This document shows, one piece after another, positions 18,855 to 26,473 of a stretch of 64,000 bases of DNA. Made by a program: the position numbers and the translations under genes. Below the pieces are notes generated by a model. The model saw only the letters and a list, made by a program, of their open reading frames with translations. It did not search any database and was not told where the DNA came from. This DNA is from Bdellovibrionales bacterium (GTDB lineage Bacteria > Bdellovibrionota > Bdellovibrionia > Bdellovibrionales > UBA1609): positions 571,529 to 635,528 of the forward strand of contig OZ250145.1 in assembly GCA_965237565.1 (NCBI GenBank), in the 5' to 3' direction. Numbering within the stretch: the first letter of the stretch is position 1; the number at the start of each line of letters is the position of its first letter.

Positions 18855-20029
18855 CCCCTTGGTCCATTTAGAAAAATAGCCTGTCTAAAATATTTGAAGT
18901 TATTTCGTAATTCTTTTTTTGGAAAAACATTTGATAAATTAATTACACTATCTATATTTTCAAATTTAAGTAATGGGTATTCCTTTTGAAACTTAGAATT
19001 ATATTTCTGCAAACTCTCTGCCTTTGCATTAGCTAAAATGCAAATAACCTCTACCTTCTTTGTAATTTCTGGTTTCTTTGACCAATTTAGAAATTTGCAC
19101 ATTTTATTATCAACCCATTTTTTAACTTTTTCATCTGAATAGGTTTTCCAGCTTTTACATTCTATTAAAGTAATGGAAGTGTTTGTCTCAACATAAATAT
19201 CAATTTCTGCTTGATGAGTATAAGAACTTTCATCTCTCCATTTTAATATCTTATTATGTTTAACCGGGATAGTATTGTTTATATTAAGTTTCATATATAA
19301 AAAAAATACTAAAACTTCAAATATATAACCTTGAAGATTACCAATTCTGCTCTCTTTACTTACAATATTATCAAGCAAATCTTTCACTAAATTTTTCAGA
19401 TCTGCCATATCAAAGTTATTTTTTTTCTTAAGAAAGGCCAAATGAAGGAGCTTATTCAATCCAGATAATAAAGAACTTAGCTGAAACGAAGCCAAAGATA
19501 TTGTTACAAAACCTAAATGTCTAAGATTCATTAATATATCTCTCTGCATGTTTCTAAAAATAATAATCGGTAAAATTTTCTGAACACCTTGCTTATTCTT
19601 TTGACTTACAATAGTTTTATACTTTCTTACCAATGGCAAAGTATTATCTTTATTTAATTTTTTATGTATGAAAATTTCACAAACTAACCAACCATGCTCT
19701 CTTTGACTAGTTCGCAAAGGGCTTAAATAACAAGGAGCTATCATACTCCAAGGAATATGTCCAAATTGAGGAATTTTTTCTTTACTCCTTAAAATATTTT
19801 TTTCAAGACCAGTAGAGATAAAATTCATTTTAACAAAAAACTTTTTTATTTCTTTTAAAATTATATCTTCAAGAAATTCATAATTTTGACTATTTTTATC
19901 AGTAAAAGACTCTGCATTATACAAAATATATCTTACACTATTTTCAGTGTTTTCACGTTTTATTAACTTTATAGAAAGTAAGTTATCTAATGCCTCCGTA
20001 AATGTTTTCTGTTTAGAAATTTTTTTCAA
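18833..20029 (-). CDS. PD-(D/E)xK nuclease-fold protein; probably the 3' portion of a gene split at a G9 tract
   Basis: 398-aa ORF with a weak TTG start and no SD. Candidate catalytic core GYIFEVLV ... AEIDIYVE-x8-LIECKSW (E...D...ExK). The last 6 codons derive from the flanking repeat. Confidence 0.65.
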   Translation of the reverse strand: MKKISKQKTFTEALDNLLSIKLIKRENTENSVRYILYNAESFTDKNSQNYEFLEDIILKEIKKFFVKMNFISTGLEKNILRSKEKIPQFGHIPWSMIAPCYLSPLRTSQREHGWLVCEIFIHKKLNKDNTLPLVRKYKTIVSQKNKQGVQKILPIIIFRNMQRDILMNLRHLGFVTISLASFQLSSLLSGLNKLLHLAFLKKKNNFDMADLKNLVKDLLDNIVSKESRIGNLQGYIFEVLVFFLYMKLNINNTIPVKHNKILKWRDESSYTHQAEIDIYVETNTSITLIECKSWKTYSDEKVKKWVDNKMCKFLNWSKKPEITKKVEVICILANAKAESLQKYNSKFQKEYPLLKFENIDSVINLSNVFPKKELRNNFKYFRQAIFLNGPRGDKKRAL

Positions 20030-20049
20030 AGGTAACCCTGAATAAATAG

Positions 20050-20370
20050 CTAAGTATTTTTCATCAACATCCCCCCCCCTCTATATCTCATTGCATTTAA
20101 AATATAACTTTCGGCAATCTTCTCTTTATTACAATATTTATGGAATTTGCCCTTTACTTTACTGAACTTACCAATATAGTAAAACTTTTTATTATTACTG
20201 AAGTTAATTTGCTCTACCTTCTGAACAGGATCCTTGGCCCTAGAAACAGCCCTTAAAGCTGATGTACGACTCATTTTAAATTCATCAATTAATTTTTTAC
20301 TGATTTCATTGGATAATAAACCCCCTCCACTCTCTCTTAAAATTGTAGCAATTTGGTCATTATGGCTCAT
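20050..20370 (-). CDS. small winged-helix-like protein; probably the 5' portion of the split nuclease gene
   Basis: 106-aa ORF. ATILRESGGGLLSNEISKKL...SRTSALRAVSRA resembles a wHTH. It ends 6 codons after a G9 run. Confidence 0.6.
   Translation of the reverse strand: MSHNDQIATILRESGGGLLSNEISKKLIDEFKMSRTSALRAVSRAKDPVQKVEQINFSNNKKFYYIGKFSKVKGKFHKYCNKEKIAESYILNAMRYRGGGMLMKNT
20071..20079. repeat. homopolymeric C9/G9 tract (candidate slipped-strand switch)
   Basis: Plus strand ccccccccc, coding strand GGG GGG GGG. The two flanking ORFs exchange reading frame exactly here. Confidence 0.9.
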
Positions 20371-20465
20371 ATAAACTCTTTATGTCTTTCTTTAATATTG
20401 TGTGACTAATAACTTTTGACTCTAACCATTCAAGATGGGTGTTTCTCGTAAGTCTTAGATGGGAA

Positions 20466-20498
20466 GGTGGAGGCACAAGAGTCGAACTCGCTTGGCGG
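20466..20498 (-). other. tmRNA/tRNA 3'-end-like fragment (possible relic att site)
   Basis: ggtggaggcacaagagtcgaactcgcttggcgg compares with the ssrA 3' end at 26475: ggtggaggcgacgagagtcgaactcgtgtccg. Same orientation. The T-arm-like stem is retained. Confidence 0.55.
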
Positions 20499-20516
20499 AA
20501 AGAATTTTTTGCAGAG

Positions 20517-22379
20517 CTAAAACTTATCTTTTATACTTTTCAACTTGTCTTCTATTTTTTCAAACAGCTTGGTTATAATTTCCTTAGTCGTTTCGTCTAA
20601 TTTGATTGAATCTCCACTTTGGCAAGCTTCTAAAAATTTTTTTGCGAGCAAAACTTTATCTATACTCTCCTTTTTCACATATTCCGAATTAGATTCAGAA
20701 TAAGTTTTGCTCGCATTTCTGGGCAGCACAAATTTTCTAAAATCAGATGACGAGAAGATGTCCTCAATACTCTCTTTCTTCTTATTATCAGAAATAGAAA
20801 GAATTAAATCCTTTGTTACTAACCAATTATCTTTAAGATTTTTCTTGCCGTCTTTTTCACCTTGATCATTGTCATAGAGATAAACAACTTTTGCGCCCCA
20901 ACCATGCAAAATTGTACCGATAATCGACATATTCCCAGCTCCACCGCCGAAAATAAAGTTCACATTGTTTTCATTATTAAGTAATTTTTTGAAGGCATTG
21001 AGATAATATACATCTGAAGGGCCTTCAACTACAACATTATTCACTTTATTCAATTCTGATATTCCCGCATTCAATTCAAGTCCGATTGCAGTCAGGATTG
21101 GAGTAAGTGTCTCTTTATCAGCTAAAGCGTGAACTTTATTTTCTATTGTTGTGCCTTTAATCTTGTCCTTATGTATAAGACGAATCCGGTTCAGTTTGTC
21201 GGCCTCTAAAAGATACGGAGAATGGGTGGAAAAAATTAACTGAGCTTTTTTTGCTGAATCTTCTAATTTTTCCAAAATATTTTTTTGTGCTTTTGCGTGT
21301 AAAAAAAGCCCAGGTTCGTCAATCAGAATTATATTCGATACATTCTCATTTGCTCGTGCAGAAATTTTGATATAAAAAGACAAATGCCATTGACGACCTT
21401 TGCTCCTCAATCGTAGTTCGTAGGGTTGATCATCTTCTTGTATCCAAACGTACAGATGTTCAGAATCCCAGTCGACACTCAAAATTGAATCATCCTGACT
21501 CCAAAATTTTTTATAATCCTTATTGAGCTTGATGTTTATATCGACTTTGTGTTTTTTTTTATCTCTGTCATCAGCACTTTTTATTATGTCAGGCTTTAAA
21601 TCGCTAATCACTGACAAATCTTTAATCCATTCGTTTTCCTCTAGTTCAGCAAGTAGTATTTTGTCAGGAAAAATATTCTCAAAGGACTTAAACAGAATAA
21701 ATTTTGGTATGCGTTTCTTTAAGGACTCAAGAAATTTTTCCTTGGTGGTAAAAAAATTTTCCAGATTATTTATCTTTAATTCTATTTCAGAAAATAATTT
21801 CAGAAAATTATTGTGTATCTTTTCATCAACAATACTTTGGATGTTTGGAGTTACAGTATTTTTGAACTCTATAAAAAGGTTCTTGGAATTAGCAAAATTA
21901 GAAAAATCAAAATCAAATAACTCTCCTCCCAACACTGTATTTTCTTCCCTGATCTTCTTTACTTCATTCCACTTGTCCTCGATAGATTTTTGAACTTTCT
22001 CTATCTTCTCGCTATCAAAAATTTCATTCTCTAGGGTATTTTCCCTGAAAGAGTATCGGTCTGGAAAAATTTTTATAACCTCAAGGTCAATGTTTTTAGT
22101 TACCTCTACCGGACTTTCTATTTCTTTCAGAATTTTTTTCGCCATGTCTTTTTTAAGAGTAAAGGTTACGGAAATTTCAGGTTTTTTATCAGGTGATTGA
22201 ATAGACTTTGCTTCTTCTCTTATATTTTTTTCAGTATCAAAATCCTCCAATGCTTCAAGAATTGAAGTTTTACCTGATTCATTTTTACCAGCGAAAATAG
22301 AAATTGTGTCATTAAGATAACAGTCACCGCTATCAATGATTGATTTATAGTTTTTGATTTTGAATTTCTTTAAATTCAT
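20517..22379 (-). CDS. OLD-family nuclease (ABC-type ATPase + C-terminal Toprim)
   Basis: Walker A FAGKNESGKTS, Walker B ILIDEPGLFLH, H-loop FSTHSP. Toprim motifs VVVEGPSD and LYDNDQGEKDG. I start it at ATG 22379 (MNLKKFKIKNYKSI; AAGGA about 9 nt upstream), 4 nt after the HNH stop. Confidence 0.85.
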   Translation of the reverse strand: MNLKKFKIKNYKSIIDSGDCYLNDTISIFAGKNESGKTSILEALEDFDTEKNIREEAKSIQSPDKKPEISVTFTLKKDMAKKILKEIESPVEVTKNIDLEVIKIFPDRYSFRENTLENEIFDSEKIEKVQKSIEDKWNEVKKIREENTVLGGELFDFDFSNFANSKNLFIEFKNTVTPNIQSIVDEKIHNNFLKLFSEIELKINNLENFFTTKEKFLESLKKRIPKFILFKSFENIFPDKILLAELEENEWIKDLSVISDLKPDIIKSADDRDKKKHKVDINIKLNKDYKKFWSQDDSILSVDWDSEHLYVWIQEDDQPYELRLRSKGRQWHLSFYIKISARANENVSNIILIDEPGLFLHAKAQKNILEKLEDSAKKAQLIFSTHSPYLLEADKLNRIRLIHKDKIKGTTIENKVHALADKETLTPILTAIGLELNAGISELNKVNNVVVEGPSDVYYLNAFKKLLNNENNVNFIFGGGAGNMSIIGTILHGWGAKVVYLYDNDQGEKDGKKNLKDNWLVTKDLILSISDNKKKESIEDIFSSSDFRKFVLPRNASKTYSESNSEYVKKESIDKVLLAKKFLEACQSGDSIKLDETTKEIITKLFEKIEDKLKSIKDKF

Positions 22380-22383
22380 AAAA

Positions 22384-22986
22384 TTATTCCTTCCACTCAA
22401 TATGCCCATTTATATCGTGGTCTTCATAAGTCTGCAAGATATCGGTGCAAAAATCTTGAAGTGTTTGGTTTTTCTTTTTCTTCGCAAGATTGTAAAGGCG
22501 AATAAACATTTTCTTTCCAGTTTCAGTTTGCTTTAGATTTTTCTTTAAAAAATTGTGTTGTGCACAAAGTGTTTGTCCGTTATATATTGTTGCCTTCCCG
22601 CCAAGATCTTTTGCCTTAATATGATCAACATGAAGCTCTATACCGTTTTTTTTGTCTAGTCCGCAAATCACGCATTTATAACCGTCGCGCTCCAAAATCT
22701 TTGTTTTTTGTGTGGTAGAAAAATTCTCCAGATTTCTCTGCTTCACTTTGTTAGGGTTATAGAGATAAACGCCTTTTTTTATCTTTATCAAACACCCCTC
22801 TTGATGAAGACGGCGAATACCTCTATCAGGGTCTCTAAAAACTTTTCTTGTTCGTTTTTTCCATTCCTTCATTGCCCAATCTACAATTGTTGGGTGAGAA
22901 ATATTCCGGTTGGGATTTTTTTTGAAAAATTCCATGAGTAAATCGAGCTGTGTCTGTGATCTTTTGTTATTTTTTTTCTTTGCCAT
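22384..22986 (-). CDS. HNH endonuclease with N-terminal wHTH-like region (candidate restriction subunit)
   Basis: RDGYKCVICG...ELHVDHIKAKDLGG...NGQTLCAQHN shows the HNH motif with CxxC/CxxH zinc ligands. 4-nt gaps to both neighbours. Confidence 0.85.
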   Translation of the reverse strand: MAKKKNNKRSQTQLDLLMEFFKKNPNRNISHPTIVDWAMKEWKKRTRKVFRDPDRGIRRLHQEGCLIKIKKGVYLYNPNKVKQRNLENFSTTQKTKILERDGYKCVICGLDKKNGIELHVDHIKAKDLGGKATIYNGQTLCAQHNFLKKNLKQTETGKKMFIRLYNLAKKKKNQTLQDFCTDILQTYEDHDINGHIEWKE

Positions 22987-22990
22987 ATAT

Positions 22991-23827
22991 TTAGAATAAA
23001 CTAGCTTGCTCGATTTCTGCTTCTTGTTGTAAACGATTAATGGCTATATCGCAATAGCCCTTATCAATATCAACTCCAATTCCCTTTCGTTTGTGCAAGC
23101 TTGCGGCAATAAGTGTTGAACCACTTCCGAGAAACGGATCAAGGACTGTATCACCAACAAAGCTAAATAGTTTTATGCACCTTCTTGGAAGCTCAATCGG
23201 AAAAGCAGCAGGATGTCCACCCGCTCCCTTCTTGCTTTGGCCATTGAATGTCCATACTCCATTCGTCCAATCCATAAATTCTTGTTTTGTTATGTCGTTT
23301 TTCTTTCGTCCATTATTCTTTTTCCAGCTTTTCTTATACAAAACTAAAATTACTTCAACAGGAGCGATTACATAAGGAGCAGAGGCGGACATCCAAGAAC
23401 CCCAAGCAGTCCTACGCGAAATATTACCCTCATTCCAAATAATTGTTGAGTGATAATTCCAACCAACCTTTCGGGCAATATTTGTAATGTCAGCGCAGAC
23501 TGCTTGTTGGCCACCCTTATTTTTATCAAGAGGAATATTCAAACAAAATCGTCCATCAGCTCTTGCAAGGTCATAACATTTTTTGAGCCATTTTTTGGTA
23601 AACTCCAAATACCCGCCATAGGATAAATCGTCCTTGTGAGAATTGTAGTGAACATCTACATTGTAGGGTGGTGATGTAATAATGAGATCAACGGACGATT
23701 TTGGAATGTCAGCTATTTTCAAAATGTTGTCTTTGTAGATGAAAATATCGTCGTGCTTGAAGTAATAAGACGACTTCTGTGCTTGAGTGGTATCTCGTGT
23801 ATTTTTTTGTGTTATAATTTCTTGCAT
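22991..23827 (-). CDS. beta-class DNA amino-methyltransferase (N4-cytosine or N6-adenine)
   Basis: Motif IV DLIITSPPYNV lies N-terminal to motif I VLDPFLGSGSTLIAA. This is the beta permutation, and SPPY favours m4C. Confidence 0.9.
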   Translation of the reverse strand: MQEIITQKNTRDTTQAQKSSYYFKHDDIFIYKDNILKIADIPKSSVDLIITSPPYNVDVHYNSHKDDLSYGGYLEFTKKWLKKCYDLARADGRFCLNIPLDKNKGGQQAVCADITNIARKVGWNYHSTIIWNEGNISRRTAWGSWMSASAPYVIAPVEVILVLYKKSWKKNNGRKKNDITKQEFMDWTNGVWTFNGQSKKGAGGHPAAFPIELPRRCIKLFSFVGDTVLDPFLGSGSTLIAASLHKRKGIGVDIDKGYCDIAINRLQQEAEIEQASLF

Positions 23828-23830
23828 AAA

Positions 23831-23980
23831 TCAATAAAGTAAATCATCAACTTTCACATCAAGCGTGTTGGCAATTTTGGTTAATGTTTCTATTGGGTTT
23901 TTTATTTACCCTCAGCTCTATTTTACCACAGTATTCAAAGACAATTCAAAAAGACGAACAATTTCTTGTTGTTTATTCAC
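23831..23980 (-). pseudogene. XRE/controller-like HTH gene with three in-frame stops
   Basis: Minus strand reads V-NKQQEIVRLFELSLNTVVK-TAG-S-TGA-G-TAA-IKNPIETLTKIANTLDVKVDDLLY-TGA, ending 3 nt before the methyltransferase ATG. Helix-1 appears to be missing. Confidence 0.6.
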
Positions 23981-23981
23981 C

Positions 23982-24041
23982 GCATGCTATCATAATGTAT
24001 AATCTATCTATATTTATCTTTCAACTATAATGATAGCATGC
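23982..24041. promoter_or_regulatory. 12-bp perfect inverted repeat with AT-rich 36-nt spacer (candidate operator/promoter of the cassette operon)
   Basis: gcatgctatcat (23982-23993) and atgatagcatgc (24030-24041). The spacer contains two tataat hexamers. It lies directly upstream of the HTH pseudogene. Confidence 0.4.
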
Positions 24042-24204
24042 CAAACAATTTAAAAAGCTAGTGGATACAGTCATCCCAACTGTTAGATCTGCTTTATTTG
24101 GTGGTGTCTTTACAAAAAAGTTAGAACTCATTTCAGAAGTAGATTTCGAATTCACCACTTTCACAAAAAAATTCTTTAAATACCAAGAAATATTTCTTTA
24201 TGTG

Positions 24205-24379
24205 TTTCTATTCTCCAGCAAACACCTTGCCCATTGCGTCAATCTCTCATAGTCACTATAATTTTCAATTAAAAATTTTGATAAGTAAGAATACTTAGAA
24301 TCCCTAGGTTTTGGTATAAACGGTAATGGATGACATATCATGAATATGATAAAAAAATTAGAGAGCTCTTTTTTTGTCT
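24205..24379 (+). repeat. 175-bp direct repeat, right copy
   Basis: Reads identically to 18680-18854. It includes the authentic MCO start at 24340. Confidence 0.9.
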
Positions 24380-26466
24380 TTGCTTTTCTTGTTCTTTTTT
24401 CGAATACAACACTGGCAGCTAAAAGAGTCTACGATCTTGAAATAAAGAAAGAAACAGTCAATAAGACTGGTGAAAATGTGGACTTCGCTCTCACCGTAAA
24501 TGGCAGGATTCCAGCTCCCACACTAAGATTTATGGAAGGTGAGGAGGCTGTTATCAATGTGACTAACTCCACTAACGAGGAAACGTCAGTACATTGGCAC
24601 GGGATTTTGATTCCTTGGAACATGGATGGTGTGCCTTATCTAAATACCCCTCCTATTAAACCCGGTAAGACATTCACTTATCGATTCCGCCTCAGACAAA
24701 GTGGCACCTACTGGTACCATTCTCACACAAATCTTCAGGAACAACGAGGAGTTTACGGTGCTATTGTCATTGAACCAAAAGTGAATCCTATACAAGTTGA
24801 TCACGAGTTGGTGATGGTTCTGAGTGACTGGATTAACGAACATCCTCAAGCAGTTTTTGCTCGCTTAAAACGAGATGGTCATGCTTACGCATGGAAAAAA
24901 AATACCATTGCATCCATTGCCGATGCGATCAGTAAAGACTCCCTGAGTGATTATCTAAAGAATCAATGGAATCGAATGGACGGGATGGATTTTGGCGACA
25001 TTGGCTATGATGCTTTTTTAATTAATGGAAACATAAAAAACAACAAAGTATTACCGAACTTGCGTCAAGGTAATAAAGTTAGGATCCGTATTATTAATGC
25101 CGGAGCCTCTAGTTATTTTTATATAAATTTAGGAAGGCAACATTTTAAAGTGATTTCAGCAGATGGAATGGATGTTCAGCCTGTGATGACAAAAGAAATT
25201 CTCATGGGTATGGGCGAAACTTATGATATTTTGTTTACCGTTCCAGACAACAGAGCTTTTGAATTTAGAGCTACGGCCCAAGACATAACCGGATACGCTT
25301 CAGCCATTTTAGGAAAAGGTCATATTGAATACGCCCCTGACAAAGTCAAAGCCAATCTCTACAAAATGGGGAACGCTCATGATGGTCATGGTGGTGATCG
25401 TGGAGACTTGCATAGTGGTCACGGTGGTGGTCATGGCAAAGGACATGGCAAAGATCGCGATAGTGGCATGAGTGAAATGAATATGACATTAAAATATTCG
25501 CAGCTAAAAGCCAAAACATCTACTCATTTTCCCAAGGACACCTCGGAAATGGAGTTTAAAATTGTTCTTGGTGGAGATATGGAACGTTATGTTTGGTGGC
25601 TCAACGGGAAAACTCTCTCAGAAGATACCTACATTGATATTAAACAAGGCCATGTGATTCGATTCATCCTCCAAAATGCGACGATGATGCATCATCCGAT
25701 GCATCTTCACGGACACTTCTTTCGCCTGCTGAATGGACAAGGAAACTTCGCCCCTTTAAAACATACGGTTGATGTTTCTCCGATGAATTCTGTGACAATA
25801 GAATTTTTAGCAAATGAACCGGGACAGTGGTTTTTTCACTGTCACAATTTATACCACATGAAATCGGGTATGACCCGAGTGATTAGATATACAAACTTCA
25901 AGCGACCTGATGAAACCAAAGAAACACAAAAGGGCTTAAGACAAATCATTAAAGCCGGTTCAAAATTCTATCCGTCTATTCAAGTTGGAGCGTTTACTAA
26001 TGGCGCAACTTGGAACATTCGATTAAACGGCGAACGCTATGAGATTCAGTCCGAAGGTGAGATAAGCAAGTTTAACTCAAAAAAAATAGAAAATGAAATC
26101 TACGTCAAATATTATGTGTCCAGATACCTTAGTATTTTAGGAGGATTAGAATGGCGAGATCAAAAATTCAAACCGATGCTTGGGGCATCCTATATCACTC
26201 CTTTTAATTTTGAATTGATTGGCTATGTAAATATAGCGGGTGATTTTTTATTTATGGTTGAGAAGATGATCCAAATTACAAAACGACTATACGTGGAGAG
26301 TGAGGCTGAATTTAGAATACAAGGTGGCTTTGAAGAAATTGAGTTTGAATACGGCCTTAGCATCAACTTCAGCTTGAATCGCAACTGGTCCATTGGTGTT
26401 AGATATGAACAAAATGACCACATTGAAGATGACAACATAGGAATTGGCCTTAACTTCAAATGGTAA
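24340..26466 (+). CDS. multicopper oxidase (CopA-like) fused to a CopB-like outer-membrane domain
   Basis: Signal peptide. Cu sites HWHGI, YWYHSH, HPMHLHGH, HCHNLYHMKSGM. His/Gly-rich insert HDGHGGDRGDLHSGHGGGHGKGHGK. The C-terminal ~190 aa carry the CopB-like pattern LGASYITPFNFELIGYVNIAGD and end in ...GLNFKW. Confidence 0.85.
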   Translation: MNMIKKLESSFFVFAFLVLFSNTTLAAKRVYDLEIKKETVNKTGENVDFALTVNGRIPAPTLRFMEGEEAVINVTNSTNEETSVHWHGILIPWNMDGVPYLNTPPIKPGKTFTYRFRLRQSGTYWYHSHTNLQEQRGVYGAIVIEPKVNPIQVDHELVMVLSDWINEHPQAVFARLKRDGHAYAWKKNTIASIADAISKDSLSDYLKNQWNRMDGMDFGDIGYDAFLINGNIKNNKVLPNLRQGNKVRIRIINAGASSYFYINLGRQHFKVISADGMDVQPVMTKEILMGMGETYDILFTVPDNRAFEFRATAQDITGYASAILGKGHIEYAPDKVKANLYKMGNAHDGHGGDRGDLHSGHGGGHGKGHGKDRDSGMSEMNMTLKYSQLKAKTSTHFPKDTSEMEFKIVLGGDMERYVWWLNGKTLSEDTYIDIKQGHVIRFILQNATMMHHPMHLHGHFFRLLNGQGNFAPLKHTVDVSPMNSVTIEFLANEPGQWFFHCHNLYHMKSGMTRVIRYTNFKRPDETKETQKGLRQIIKAGSKFYPSIQVGAFTNGATWNIRLNGERYEIQSEGEISKFNSKKIENEIYVKYYVSRYLSILGGLEWRDQKFKPMLGASYITPFNFELIGYVNIAGDFLFMVEKMIQITKRLYVESEAEFRIQGGFEEIEFEYGLSINFSLNRNWSIGVRYEQNDHIEDDNIGIGLNFKW

Positions 26467-26473
26467 GAATTAA

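Noticed and set aside
18457-18867. 136-aa tracked ORF
   Set aside because: It is a chimera spanning the lipoprotein-paralog relic, the 175-bp repeat (antisense to the MCO promoter) and the MCO start region. It has no coherent protein signature.
20517-22379. Classifying the OLD-family gene as Gabija GajA, PARIS AriAB or Septu PtuA
   Set aside because: There is no UvrD-like helicase (GajB) nearby. ATPase and Toprim are fused rather than a clear AriA/AriB pair. The Septu ATPase lacks a Toprim, and its HNH follows rather than precedes it. It cannot be assigned without HMM searches, so I left it as OLD family.
24061-24252. 63-aa tracked ORF between the palindrome and the right direct repeat
   Set aside because: It has no motif and a GTG start, and it runs into the repeat. 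Most likely non-coding or relic sequence.
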